Source: a virus (lineage: Duplodnaviria > Caudoviricetes). From it: 64,000 bases of DNA. This document shows positions 37,345 through 47,417 of this stretch, piece by piece. The stretch covers positions 1 to 64,000 of IMG/VR virus record IMGVR_UViG_2775507243_000004, one strand, 5' to 3'. Position 1 is the first letter of the stretch, and every line of letters begins with the position of its first letter. A model generated the notes under the pieces. It saw nothing but the letters and a program-made list of their open reading frames with translations, did not search any database and was not told where the DNA came from. Position numbers and translations under genes: made by a program.

Positions 37345-38586
37345 CTACTGCCCACTCTCCGCCTCAACCCACAACCCCGGAAACAGGTACCTGAATAGCT
37401 TAATGGGAAATGCCAGCTTATAAGGGGCATGCAGTGATTCTGATTTCAGAATACCCAGGGTGGTCAGGTCTTTAATCACTCTGGATTGTGTGCGGTCAGA
37501 ATCACCGCCCAGCATGGCTTTAAAATCTTGTTTAGGCATCTGGCCTGCATGCAGCAGATATTTTAATGGCAGCAGACTATTTAATTTGAGCAAATTGGGT
37601 GTTTCCGCTGAAACAGATTCTGCCATCAGCATTTTATGCAGCCGCTCTTCAAAGCCTGTCAATTCCAGCATTTGATTCATAAAGCTCACCTGATCAAGGC
37701 AGGTATCGAGCATAAAGTCGATAAATTGAATAAAGTGCTTTTCAGATAAATTACCGCGCCCGTCCTGATCCCCTTCCCGCGGTAAATCAGCCCGAGCCAG
37801 CACCTCGTTATAGCGGGCGTGATTTCGCGCCAACCCTCTCATCGGCGACCAGATCCCCTTGGTCAGCCCCAAGGCATGAAGGCCAGAATGGGTATGCAAA
37901 CGGATAGTGCGCCCATTCCCATCGCCAAAGGGATGAATCCAGGCCAGCCTGTGATGCGCCGCCAAAATAGCAATCACGGCGCGCTCTCCCCTCAGCTCAA
38001 AGCGATAGCCATTATGGAACTCGTCCATAAACGCCGGCAGATAATCTTTGCTGGGCGGGATATGCAATCCCACCTGAACATCATGTTTACGCAATTGGCC
38101 TGGGGTCACCTCTTCATTCCAAGCAGAGCCATCCTGATGAACCCCACGCGCCATGCGATCCTCCAGACTCAGATGCTGATACATCGCGTGATGTAAAGAA
38201 CGAATAAATTCAGAACCAAAAAAAAGCCCCCCGGCAGGCAGAACACCCGGTGAGCCAATAGTGCCCTCTGCCCACACTTCAGCCTGCATACAAGCTAAAG
38301 CCGCCCGCTGCTTCTGCGCCTCATCCGGCCGGGCAGAGAAATCCTTGCTCATGGCCTGCGCAATCAACAACGGGGTTGTATGCTGCCCCTCAATCTTATT
38401 GGTGTAATAAGAATTCATCGGCCGCAACGCCTCGCGCAGAATCTCTGCAATACCCTGCGGGCAATGCTGCTGATAGGATGAATAGATCAGCGCCGAAGCC
38501 TTCTCTGATAGCGCCTCCATCTGAGGCGTGCCTTGGCGTGGCAGCAAGGGAGACATTGAAAACGGGGAGGTGTACAAGCTCGGCAT
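37345..38586 (-). CDS. Fic-family protein with C-terminal wHTH-like region
   Basis: HPFGDGNGRTIR; TNKIEG autoinhibitory motif. Confidence 0.92.
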   Translation of the reverse strand: MPSLYTSPFSMSPLLPRQGTPQMEALSEKASALIYSSYQQHCPQGIAEILREALRPMNSYYTNKIEGQHTTPLLIAQAMSKDFSARPDEAQKQRAALACMQAEVWAEGTIGSPGVLPAGGLFFGSEFIRSLHHAMYQHLSLEDRMARGVHQDGSAWNEEVTPGQLRKHDVQVGLHIPPSKDYLPAFMDEFHNGYRFELRGERAVIAILAAHHRLAWIHPFGDGNGRTIRLHTHSGLHALGLTKGIWSPMRGLARNHARYNEVLARADLPREGDQDGRGNLSEKHFIQFIDFMLDTCLDQVSFMNQMLELTGFEERLHKMLMAESVSAETPNLLKLNSLLPLKYLLHAGQMPKQDFKAMLGGDSDRTQSRVIKDLTTLGILKSESLHAPYKLAFPIKLFRYLFPGLWVEAESGQ

Positions 38587-38764
38587 AGGGCAACAATCCT
38601 GCGATGATCTTTGGCGTAAACTTTGGCTATTTTTAAAAAACACCTAACTATAGGTTTTATAACATATAATGATGCTAAAAACATCACATAAAAGCTAAAT
38701 ATTGGCGAAAATTTTGGCAGAAATAGTTACCTTAGTGCTTTAAGCAAAATACTCTTTTAGCTAT

Positions 38765-39565
38765 TCAAAATAGTCCCCCCAAGTCCCCCGCATCCCAATT
38801 GGTAATCACCAGCTCTTTGCTGCTGGCAATCTGGCCTTGCTTACCATTATTGCCGTTGCTGTACTTGATGCTCAGCCCCTGCATGGTGAGGCCTTCGAAG
38901 GCTTGCCGGATGTCAGCGTGGTCGTTGATGCTGACCATTACCCTGCCCTGGCAATTGCGCATAAAGTCGGCCATGGCCAAGTATTGATCAAACTCGAACG
39001 GCACACCGTAGCCTTCGGTTTGCCAGTACGGCGGATCGCAATAAAAGAAGGTATGGGCGCGATCGTAGCGGCGCATGCAATCCAGCCAGCTGAGGTTTTC
39101 TACCGCGGTACCAGCTAGGCGCAGGTGGGCAGAGGAGATATTTTCTTCGATGCGGCACAGATTAACGATCGGGGCCGTGGTGGCCGTGCCAAATGACTGG
39201 CCATTGACCTTGCCGCCAAAGGCATGCTGCTGCAGATAAAAGAACCGCGCTGCACGTTGAATATCGGTCAGCGTTTCTGAGCGCGTATCTTGCAGCCATT
39301 TAAAGACTTGGCGCGAGGACAGCGCCCACTTAAATTGCCGGACAAACTCTTCCATATGGTTTTGCACCACGCGGTAGAGATTGACCAAGTCGCCATTGAT
39401 ATCATTAATGATTTCAACCGGCGCAGGCACCGGTCTTAAGAAATACAGCGCCCCGCCGCCACAAAATACTTCTACATAGCACTCGTGAGGGGGAAACAAC
39501 GCAAGCAGCTTATCCGCAAGGCGGCGTTTACCGCCCATCCAGGGAATGATTGGGGATGTTGACAT
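38765..39565 (-). CDS. D12-class N6-adenine DNA methyltransferase (Dam-like)
   Basis: PWMGGK, EVFCGG, DPPY. Confidence 0.93.
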   Translation of the reverse strand: MSTSPIIPWMGGKRRLADKLLALFPPHECYVEVFCGGGALYFLRPVPAPVEIINDINGDLVNLYRVVQNHMEEFVRQFKWALSSRQVFKWLQDTRSETLTDIQRAARFFYLQQHAFGGKVNGQSFGTATTAPIVNLCRIEENISSAHLRLAGTAVENLSWLDCMRRYDRAHTFFYCDPPYWQTEGYGVPFEFDQYLAMADFMRNCQGRVMVSINDHADIRQAFEGLTMQGLSIKYSNGNNGKQGQIASSKELVITNWDAGDLGGLF

Positions 39566-39722
39566 AGAAAGCTCCGGCCAAAGACCCGCTGATAGGGTCT
39601 GATTGGAGGCTCGGGGCCTTCAGATAATTGAATGCACCGCAACGCGGACATTTGATGGATAGCTCTAAATACCGACCCTCTGCGAGCTTTTTATGGCATT
39701 GGGCACAACGAATATTTTGCAT
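39528..39722 (-). CDS. Mu Com-like zinc-finger regulator
   Basis: IRCAQCHKKLA...IKCPRCG, overlapping the MTase. Confidence 0.85.
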   Translation of the reverse strand: MQNIRCAQCHKKLAEGRYLELSIKCPRCGAFNYLKAPSLQSDPISGSLAGAFYVNIPNHSLDGR

Positions 39723-39730
39723 TACCCATT

Positions 39731-39748
39731 ATAGAACGATCGTTCTGT
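39731..39748. promoter_or_regulatory. Operator AGAACGATCGTTCT upstream of com-dam
   Basis: 14-bp palindrome abutting a minus-strand TATAAT (39733-39728). Confidence 0.7.
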
Positions 39749-39834
39749 TTGTTCCATGTTTTAAATACTTAATTTAGCCTCAAACAATAAACACTCAACT
39801 GGCCATTTTTTATCCCTAAAGGCTGCGAAAAGGG

Positions 39835-40017
39835 TTATCCACCATAACTAGGTTCATATTTAGCACGGCCCGTACTCCCTGGCTTAGTAATCCTGTTCAA
39901 GTGCGCACACTGAGGACACCAACTTCTATGCAACACCCGGCTTGGCGGAGCCTGCCAAATATGCCCGCGATGACACTGCCATGGCATTGGTCTGCCCTTT
40001 TCATGTCTGGTGGTCAT
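39835..40017 (-). pseudogene. Zinc-ribbon domain remnant
   Basis: WQCHRGHIW...WCPQC. Confidence 0.4.
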
Positions 40018-40054
40018 TCGTCATATTTCTCTTTACCTCCCGCCTGACTGCACT

Positions 40055-40080
40055 CAAAATAGAACGATCGTTCTATTTTG
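40055..40080. promoter_or_regulatory. 26-bp perfect palindromic operator upstream of umuD
   Basis: CAAAATAGAACGATCGTTCTATTTTG. Confidence 0.8.
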
Positions 40081-40092
40081 GTGATACCCCCA

Positions 40093-40536
40093 ATGGTTAA
40101 TCTTCATACGGCTGATTGGCCTGTTTATCGCTGTGCTGGTTCGGCCCATCGTATTCCTCTGGCGTATTGCGATACACCGATTCATGCGGGATTCCCAAGC
40201 CCCGCCGAGGGCTATCTCGATGATTATCTAAGCCTTGATGAGCATCTAATTCACGATAAAGCCTCGACGGTCTTACTGCGTACTACAGGCGATTCGATGA
40301 TAGACGCCCATATTTGTGATGGGGATATATTGATTGTGGATCGTGGCAGGCAGGCTGTTTCGGGCGATATTGTGGTAGCGTCTTTGGAGGGTGAATTCAC
40401 CTTAAAGCGCTTGATTATCCGTGGCTCACAGTTGATTCTGCAGCCGGCAAATGCTTTGTTTTCGCCTATTGTGGTGAGCCCAGGGCAAGAGCTAGAGATC
40501 TTTGGGGTGGTATCGGGTATTGCGAGGCGGCTTTGA
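40093..40536 (+). CDS. umuD: UmuD-like S24 autoprotease
   Basis: AGFPSPA, GDSM, TLKRL. Confidence 0.9.
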   Translation: MVNLHTADWPVYRCAGSAHRIPLAYCDTPIHAGFPSPAEGYLDDYLSLDEHLIHDKASTVLLRTTGDSMIDAHICDGDILIVDRGRQAVSGDIVVASLEGEFTLKRLIIRGSQLILQPANALFSPIVVSPGQELEIFGVVSGIARRL

Positions 40537-41807
40537 TGTTGCGGCAGATGGCATTGGTGGATTGCAATAATTTCTACGCGTCCTGTGAGCGGGTATTTCA
40601 GCCCAAATTACGCACGCGCCCCATTGTGGTGTTGTCGAACAATGATGGCTGTGTGGTCGCACGTAGTGCGGAAAGTAAGGCCTTGGGTATTCCTATGGGC
40701 GTGCCGCTGTATCAGATCCGTGATTTGATTAAAGAGCATGGCGTGGTGGTTAGATCGAGTAATTACGCGCTGTATGGGGATTTAAGCCGTAGGGTGATGA
40801 CAATTTTAGGCCGCTATTCTCCGCAGCAAGAAGTCTATTCAATCGATGAGAGTTTTTTAGATTTAAGCGGCTTTGCCAATGTCACGCAATACAGCCAGCA
40901 AATACGCCGTGATGTAAAGCAGCGTACGGGTATTCTGGTGAGTGTGGGGATTGCACCTAGTAAAACACTGGCTAAGCTTTGCAATCATGTGGCGAAGAAG
41001 ATCCAGCCCTGGGCGGCAACAGGTGTTTGTAATCTGCATGAGATTGAGCCATCTGCGCTTAAAGACTTACTGCAAAGTCTGCCTGTAGGTGAAGTATGGG
41101 GGATTGGTCCACGCTTGGCCCGCAAGCTGGAGTTTGATGGCATTTGCACGGTGTATGACTTGAAGTGTGCACCGGCCAGCCAAATGCGCAGCCGTTACAG
41201 CGTATTGATGGAGCAGATCATTCGCGAGTTAAATGGTGAGGCCTGCTTGGAGCTGGATGAGGTGCCGGTAGCTAAACTGCAAATTATGTCTAGCCGCTCG
41301 TTTGGAAGTAAAACAGGGCTGCAGAGTGAGATTCAGGCCGCCGTTGCTTTGCATGTAAGCACGGCAGCAGAAAAGCTACGCCATCAGCAATCGCTGGCCA
41401 GCCAGTTGATGGTGTTTATTCGCACCAATCCATTTAGTGAGCGTGATTTACCGATGCGTCGCTCTATTGTGATGCAGCTGGCTAATCCAACAGATGACAC
41501 TTTATTGCTACAAAGCGCTGCGATGGCAGGCTTGCAGCAAATCTTTGTGCCGGGCTACCCCTATCAAAAAGCGGGGGTGATGCTGGATGGTATACAAGCA
41601 AAAGCTGCGCAACAGATGGATCTATTTGCAGAAGCCGCCAGCCCGCAGCGGGAGAAATTAATGGCGGCAATGGATACGATCAATCAGCGCTTTGGTCGCC
41701 ATACCCTGCGTAGCGCCGCAGAGTTGATGAGCCACGCCAGCCAGATGAATCAGCATCATCGATCACCACGCTATACAACTTGCTGGGAGGAGTTGTTGAG
41801 TATTTAA
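40536..41807 (+). CDS. umuC: Y-family DNA polymerase V subunit
   Basis: [28 protein letters not shown]. Confidence 0.95.
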   Translation: MLRQMALVDCNNFYASCERVFQPKLRTRPIVVLSNNDGCVVARSAESKALGIPMGVPLYQIRDLIKEHGVVVRSSNYALYGDLSRRVMTILGRYSPQQEVYSIDESFLDLSGFANVTQYSQQIRRDVKQRTGILVSVGIAPSKTLAKLCNHVAKKIQPWAATGVCNLHEIEPSALKDLLQSLPVGEVWGIGPRLARKLEFDGICTVYDLKCAPASQMRSRYSVLMEQIIRELNGEACLELDEVPVAKLQIMSSRSFGSKTGLQSEIQAAVALHVSTAAEKLRHQQSLASQLMVFIRTNPFSERDLPMRRSIVMQLANPTDDTLLLQSAAMAGLQQIFVPGYPYQKAGVMLDGIQAKAAQQMDLFAEAASPQREKLMAAMDTINQRFGRHTLRSAAELMSHASQMNQHHRSPRYTTCWEELLSI

Positions 41808-42139
41808 TCAGGCATTCTTCTAAAAACAATGTTTTCATTGTGTCTAATGACAATTTGAACGTCTGTAGTGGCAAGCTCGAGTAGCATGCCACTTAGATTG
41901 TAAGAAAATTGCACCTCGCCTTTTCCCCTGAACTTTATGTAATGAGATACTGAGTCAAATAGCGGAGTGATCTCGTGCCTATCAATATCAACAATATTTT
42001 CAATGCCAACGGATTTGATACTCGTTAAATCCATGCTGATTGAATCTTTAGACGAAAAAACCAAAACTCCATCTGAGTTAGTAAAGACATCCATCGAGTC
42101 ATCAGGGGTTATTTTGATAGGTTTTTCATTGTTTGCCAT
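41804..42139 (-). CDS. Hypothetical protein
   Basis: 111-aa ORF co-oriented with the T6SS cluster. Confidence 0.55.
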   Translation of the reverse strand: MANNEKPIKITPDDSMDVFTNSDGVLVFSSKDSISMDLTSIKSVGIENIVDIDRHEITPLFDSVSHYIKFRGKGEVQFSYNLSGMLLELATTDVQIVIRHNENIVFRRMPD

Positions 42140-42213
42140 AAAAAATTCTTTTGTAGTTGATGCAGCTTTTTTTAAACTAGTTTGCTAATCATGGGCAACA
42201 GCAGCACTGCGGC

Positions 42214-43320
42214 TTATTTTTTTGGCAGTAATGGCTCCCCCCACTCTGCACGGATTTCTGGAGGGAATGGGGCTTCGAATGCGGTTTTATGCGAAAGCCA
42301 ATTAAAGGTGCCCCAGAGTAAATACAAGGGTCCAAAGATAGGGAAAAACAAAAAGGAGATCACCACAAAAATAGGATGGTCCTGATTCCACTTTTTTATT
42401 TTTGGGCCATATGGGCCAATACACCCCATAGATTGCCACCAACTATTAGGGGCAGCTTCGGCTAAAGTTTCGCCAACAGGCAAGGCCGGACCGTTTTCTT
42501 CCATATAGGCATGCAGATACGCCCATGATGCCCGAACGGAATGTTCACTCATGACCAGTGGATTACCAATCGTAAAGAAATCAACAAAGTCTGGCATTGC
42601 CTCATGCTTTAGCATTTGATCCCATGCTTTATCATGGTCACTTTTGGCGACTTGTTTTTGTGCAAAATCAGGATCTTTAATTCCCACACCTAGGGAGTGA
42701 ACCGTCGATGGTAATTGCCCCAACATAACAACTTTTGAAACATAAACAAATATTAATGAATTCCAATCGTATTCAATAATCACTGTTGGCCAAGCATACA
42801 ATGGATTGCGTTTTTTAAAACTTTTTCTTATATAATCAATAAGCCCGGGTGTGTCACGAAAAACTCTATAAACTTTTTGCTTTTTCTTATCAAAAATTAA
42901 GCTATCGTTTTTAAGAGAAAACATATCAGCTCTAAGCTGATAAAGCCCAATATGAAGTGCATAAAACACACCCAAGCCACTAAGAGTCATAAAAACAAAT
43001 TTAAATAAAAAAGTGAATAATCCTTCTATTTCTAATTCAAAAAAGCAGACATACAATGCGTATGACATTAGGGGTAAGCCCCCAAAAAAGACAAGTAGCG
43101 AAAATAAGGTGACCAAGCCTCTTTGATAATGAGTTGTACTCGCCAGCTCGATGGCCTCTGGGTAAATCGTTTTAACGCCGTTCAAGCTGCTACCTTTGCA
43201 CCGCGCAGTCGTTTCTTTACTTAGGTATGCTGCAATATCAATGCTAGATACATCAATAATGGCGGAAGGGTATTCGCCCTTTAATAGGCGATAGGCTGTT
43301 GTTGAGGCAGTTGGAGTCAT
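42214..43320 (-). CDS. Membrane immunity protein (DUF6708-like), paralog 2
   Basis: TM pairs; near-identical C-half to 43420-44556; WAYLHAYMEENG. Confidence 0.7.
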   Translation of the reverse strand: MTPTASTTAYRLLKGEYPSAIIDVSSIDIAAYLSKETTARCKGSSLNGVKTIYPEAIELASTTHYQRGLVTLFSLLVFFGGLPLMSYALYVCFFELEIEGLFTFLFKFVFMTLSGLGVFYALHIGLYQLRADMFSLKNDSLIFDKKKQKVYRVFRDTPGLIDYIRKSFKKRNPLYAWPTVIIEYDWNSLIFVYVSKVVMLGQLPSTVHSLGVGIKDPDFAQKQVAKSDHDKAWDQMLKHEAMPDFVDFFTIGNPLVMSEHSVRASWAYLHAYMEENGPALPVGETLAEAAPNSWWQSMGCIGPYGPKIKKWNQDHPIFVVISFLFFPIFGPLYLLWGTFNWLSHKTAFEAPFPPEIRAEWGEPLLPKK

Positions 43321-43419
43321 AAGCTTTTAATTTTTTAGATGGGATTGAATGATTAATCTATTTGCTATGATTCCCACTTCACCCGCGGCTATCGCACAAG
43401 GCAATAGCCGCGTTAAGGC

Positions 43420-44556
43420 TTATTTTTTGGGCAGTACTGGCTCTCCCCACTCTGCACGGATTTCTGGGGGGAATGGGGCTTCGAATGCGGTTTTATGCGA
43501 AAGCCAATTAAAGGTTCCCCAGAGTAAATACAATGGTCCAAAGATAGGGAAAAACAAAAAGGACATCACCACAAAAATAGGATGGTCTTGATTCCACTTT
43601 TTTATATTTGGACCATATGGGCCAATACACCCCATAGATTGCCACCAACTATTAGGGGCGGCCTCAGCTAAAGACTCACCAACAGGCAAGGCTGGGCCGT
43701 TTTCTTCCATATAGGCATGCAGATAGGCCCATAATGCCTGCACAGAATATTCACTCATGACCAGTGGATTACCAATGGTAAAGAAACCAACAAAGTCTGG
43801 TATTGCCTCGTGCTTTAGCATTTGATCCCAGGCTTTATCATGGTCACTTTTTGCGACTTGTTTTTGTGCAAAATCAGGATCTTTAATCCCCACCCCCAGG
43901 GTGTGAACCGTTGATGGTAATTGCCCCAACATCACAACTTTTGAAACATAAACAAAGATTAAAGAATCCCAATCGTATTCAACAATCACGGTAGGCCAAG
44001 CATAAAATGGATTACGTTTTTTTAAGCTGTTTCTAACGTAATCGATAAGGCCAGGTATGTTTCTAAAAACACGGTAAACTTTTTTCTTTTTCCTATCAAA
44101 AAACAAGCTGTCGTTTTTAAGTGAAAACATATCGACTCTAAGTTGATAAATGCCGAGATGAAATGAGAAAAATACACTTAAAATACAGATTGTCAGCCCA
44201 AAACTCACCATTAGGAAAAGCACCACATCTAGATCAGAGATTGCTGCTGAAAACAACAATAGTCCAATATAAGTGCCATATAACATTACGGGAAAAAAAC
44301 CAAAAATAACAAGCATTGCAAACACAGTTAAAAGGCCACGCTGATAATGAGTAGTACTGGCCAACTCGATGGCAGCTGGATAGATCGTTTTAACTTCGCT
44401 CAGCGTACTGCCACTTTGCCGCGTGGTTGTTTTCTTATTCAGATACGTGACAATGCCCAAGCTGGATGCATTGATCATTGCTGGCGGGTATTCACCTTGC
44501 AGTACACGATAAGCAGTGGTGGTTGCCGTATTTAATGTCATTTTTAATAAGCTCAC
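43420..44556 (-). CDS. Membrane immunity protein (DUF6708-like), paralog 1
   Basis: Overlaps the effector stop; multi-TM. Confidence 0.72.
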   Translation of the reverse strand: MSLLKMTLNTATTTAYRVLQGEYPPAMINASSLGIVTYLNKKTTTRQSGSTLSEVKTIYPAAIELASTTHYQRGLLTVFAMLVIFGFFPVMLYGTYIGLLLFSAAISDLDVVLFLMVSFGLTICILSVFFSFHLGIYQLRVDMFSLKNDSLFFDRKKKKVYRVFRNIPGLIDYVRNSLKKRNPFYAWPTVIVEYDWDSLIFVYVSKVVMLGQLPSTVHTLGVGIKDPDFAQKQVAKSDHDKAWDQMLKHEAIPDFVGFFTIGNPLVMSEYSVQALWAYLHAYMEENGPALPVGESLAEAAPNSWWQSMGCIGPYGPNIKKWNQDHPIFVVMSFLFFPIFGPLYLLWGTFNWLSHKTAFEAPFPPEIRAEWGEPVLPKK

Positions 44557-47417
44557 AGATATTTAATCGAGGCGGGTGCAGATTTATTTACGGGCGAAGG
44601 TTTTTTTTCTTCATATTTAATTTGAGGTTCAGATTCAGATTGGCGGCTCTTTTTTAAAGCCTTAAATAAAGCTTTTTCTTCTTCTGCCGATGTACTAAAC
44701 CTATTTTCTTTACCAAAATAGCAATCTTCGGCCCAATCCTGTAGCGCGGTGGGTGTTAGCATTGCAGAGCCAGAATATACAAGTACACCTAGCCCCATTA
44801 AAACCAAGGCCCAGCCGGTTAAGCTCATACCCAAAATAGCAATCCCACCCTCTGTGGCCACAGCTGTAGCAGAAACAATCTCCCCTGTTCCTAGCCATGT
44901 AGCAACTATTTCTGTTGTTGCCGCAATACCAGCAACTCCACCTGCACCATATAATGCACCAGTAAGGAACCAAGAAGCAGCTAATTTATTGTTGTGTTTA
45001 TAGTTTTCCCCAGCAAAAACAAAAGCCTGCGCACTATCCACCAGCAAAGCCCCCCAGCCCGCATAGCCCCCTACGGCTTTTAAAACCATAGTAAGAGCAC
45101 CATGCTTTGCAAATTGCGCCGCAGCAATACCTGCTATATCCCCAGTTGCCCCAACCGTCCCAGAGCCATTACTGGCAATCCCAAACCAAGCATCGCGCAA
45201 AGCTTTTTGATCTTCTGGGCTGGCAGCAGCTAAAGATTGAAGGCTGCCATTTAAGCCCAGCATTTGCAGGGATAAAAAGCCGATGGCAATGCGGCCTTCT
45301 GCCTTGATAAAGACCGCTTTACTACCACGCCAGCTGTTTTCTTTTAAGTTATATAAGGCTTCTTTGGCCGTCTCTGCCACGTGCCTTTGCTGCGCAAACA
45401 TTTTGCCAAAATCCTCTGCCGATACTTTTTGTATCCCCTCTAAGCCTTGTGCGGTTAAATTGAGTTTCGAGACTTTGAGGGATACTTTTTCAGCGTCTTT
45501 TAGGGCCGTGGCGCTTTGTGTAGCTTGCTTCAGCTTATCGGTATCGGTGAGTACATGCAGCTCAATCAAGCTTTGCTTGCGCATGCTATTTATCAGTTTT
45601 TTACTTGGCGTGTAACGCTTACTAGCAAGTAATGCAATCGCCTCATCAAAAGGCAAGAACACACTGACTAATAGGGGCCGAGGCTTGATCTTGGTTTTAT
45701 TAAGCACACCAGCCAGAATATGCTCCATATTCTGGCCAAGCAAAGTCATGCCCAGTAGCTTACCTTCTATTACTTTAAAGCTACTGTGCTCGCTTGCGTA
45801 GCCAACCGCCCCGCCAATTAGCGCTGTAGAAACGCCCTGATGAAAGCCAAAGACCGCCTCATTCAGCCAGCTAAACTTAGGGCTAAGCTGTGGCATAAGT
45901 AAATCTTTGAGCAGATTATAGGTTTTGGCCTGATTATCTTCGGCCACATATTCAAACAGCGATTTTTGATTAGAAAGCTGTGCGCGCAGCATCACTGCAT
46001 CCTGCTCACTAATTTTTTTGATTGCCTGTTTATATGCAAGCTCAGCGCTGCTAGGGCCTAGGCTGCCCCCGCCGTAAACATGAAAAGCCTCCTCGCTATA
46101 GCAAGCCCCCGCACTATGGTGGGTTTGCTTAGGATCGTTCGGGTCATTTTCATCAAAATGCAGGGCAAAACAATCAGTCACGTTTTTTTGAGAGGCAGCG
46201 ACGTAATCATCATCGTATGAGGTGATGATCTGATCCATCTCAGCCATTTTTTTATCATACTCGAGCATAAACTGTGCACGTTTTGGCTCATCAAAAAAAG
46301 TACTTAGTTTTGCCCAGTCTGTTTGGGTGCGCTCATTAGCCTTCGTCTTACGAAGTGCATCATCTTCCAGCTGATAAACCTCTCCCATACTTGCTGGTGT
46401 AACAGGCTGCCCCGCATGAGTTGGCTTCCATACTGTGTCTTTTAGGCTAGGTCGAAAAGAGGGGTTAAGTTTGTTTTTGTCATATAGCGCTTTGTTCATT
46501 GAGCCTATACGTCTTTGTGCCCCATCGAATAAGGTGGTTCCAGTCTTCTTATAATGATCATCACCGATGCATTTCTTTAAACCAATAAGCAAGCCTGAGC
46601 ATAAGACACCCCGACTGTAAGGGACGGCAACTTCACTCTTCCTCACCAGCGCACGCATGCGCAAGTGATTGAGCTCGGCAGAAACCGCAACTGGGTCTGG
46701 TAGGGCAAACACAAGGCCTTTATCTTTGGTCTTGGTGTGCATATTGCCCAATTGCTGCATATGGCCATTCAGTTGATCAAGCGCATCTACTCCGCCTTTA
46801 AAGGGGAAGTAGGGCTCCGCATCTTTGCCCGGGCTTACATTGCGCAGCGCATATTCAGCAACAAATTTCCCTGGGCTTTCTGCCTTGGCAACAAATGCAT
46901 TATCTGGTGCTTTTCCGCTATCTAAGTAGGCTTTAACATCAAGGCATTGCATGACTTTGGGATTGGCTTGATTGGCTTTTTTTAGCTTGTCATTCCATAA
47001 GTTGGCGCTATACGCCAGCCATATTTTCCCCGTTTTATGCGCTTGGGGAATCGTCAGCAAACGCACTTTATGCAAATGGCCGGATTTATTACAAGAAAAA
47101 GGCTCTGCTAAATAAAAGGAGGGATGTGAGGCAGAGTAAAGCGCCCCTTCTGGCGTAATCCGGTAAATATCCCAGCCATCTTTTTTGCCTGCTGGCGGGG
47201 TTTCATAAAACACATATAAATAGCCCCGGCGCAGGGTTCGCAGTACATAGCGCGATTGCTTAGGCGTAGCAAGCTGAGCCGCTTTTTGCGCAATGGCGTG
47301 CGAAAGCAGCTTTGCACTGCCGGATGGCTGTAAATCTGCTTTATTCGCAATCACTGAGGGGCGCACCAATAGAATAGGCAGTCCACTTTTTTCACACGCT
47401 CTACAGGTATCTGTCAT
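44553..47417 (-). CDS. MIX-domain (VasX/BTH_I2691-like) T6SS effector, likely pore-forming
   Basis: LPILLVRP, LRRGYLYVF, DPVA; hydrophobic C-terminal helices. Confidence 0.8.
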   Translation of the reverse strand: MTDTCRACEKSGLPILLVRPSVIANKADLQPSGSAKLLSHAIAQKAAQLATPKQSRYVLRTLRRGYLYVFYETPPAGKKDGWDIYRITPEGALYSASHPSFYLAEPFSCNKSGHLHKVRLLTIPQAHKTGKIWLAYSANLWNDKLKKANQANPKVMQCLDVKAYLDSGKAPDNAFVAKAESPGKFVAEYALRNVSPGKDAEPYFPFKGGVDALDQLNGHMQQLGNMHTKTKDKGLVFALPDPVAVSAELNHLRMRALVRKSEVAVPYSRGVLCSGLLIGLKKCIGDDHYKKTGTTLFDGAQRRIGSMNKALYDKNKLNPSFRPSLKDTVWKPTHAGQPVTPASMGEVYQLEDDALRKTKANERTQTDWAKLSTFFDEPKRAQFMLEYDKKMAEMDQIITSYDDDYVAASQKNVTDCFALHFDENDPNDPKQTHHSAGACYSEEAFHVYGGGSLGPSSAELAYKQAIKKISEQDAVMLRAQLSNQKSLFEYVAEDNQAKTYNLLKDLLMPQLSPKFSWLNEAVFGFHQGVSTALIGGAVGYASEHSSFKVIEGKLLGMTLLGQNMEHILAGVLNKTKIKPRPLLVSVFLPFDEAIALLASKRYTPSKKLINSMRKQSLIELHVLTDTDKLKQATQSATALKDAEKVSLKVSKLNLTAQGLEGIQKVSAEDFGKMFAQQRHVAETAKEALYNLKENSWRGSKAVFIKAEGRIAIGFLSLQMLGLNGSLQSLAAASPEDQKALRDAWFGIASNGSGTVGATGDIAGIAAAQFAKHGALTMVLKAVGGYAGWGALLVDSAQAFVFAGENYKHNNKLAASWFLTGALYGAGGVAGIAATTEIVATWLGTGEIVSATAVATEGGIAILGMSLTGWALVLMGLGVLVYSGSAMLTPTALQDWAEDCYFGKENRFSTSAEEEKALFKALKKSRQSESEPQIKYEEKKPSPVNKSAPASIKYL

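Noticed and set aside
42182-43591. Duplicated plus-strand ORFs 42182-42385 and 43349-43591
   Set aside because: Antisense shadows of the duplicated immunity genes
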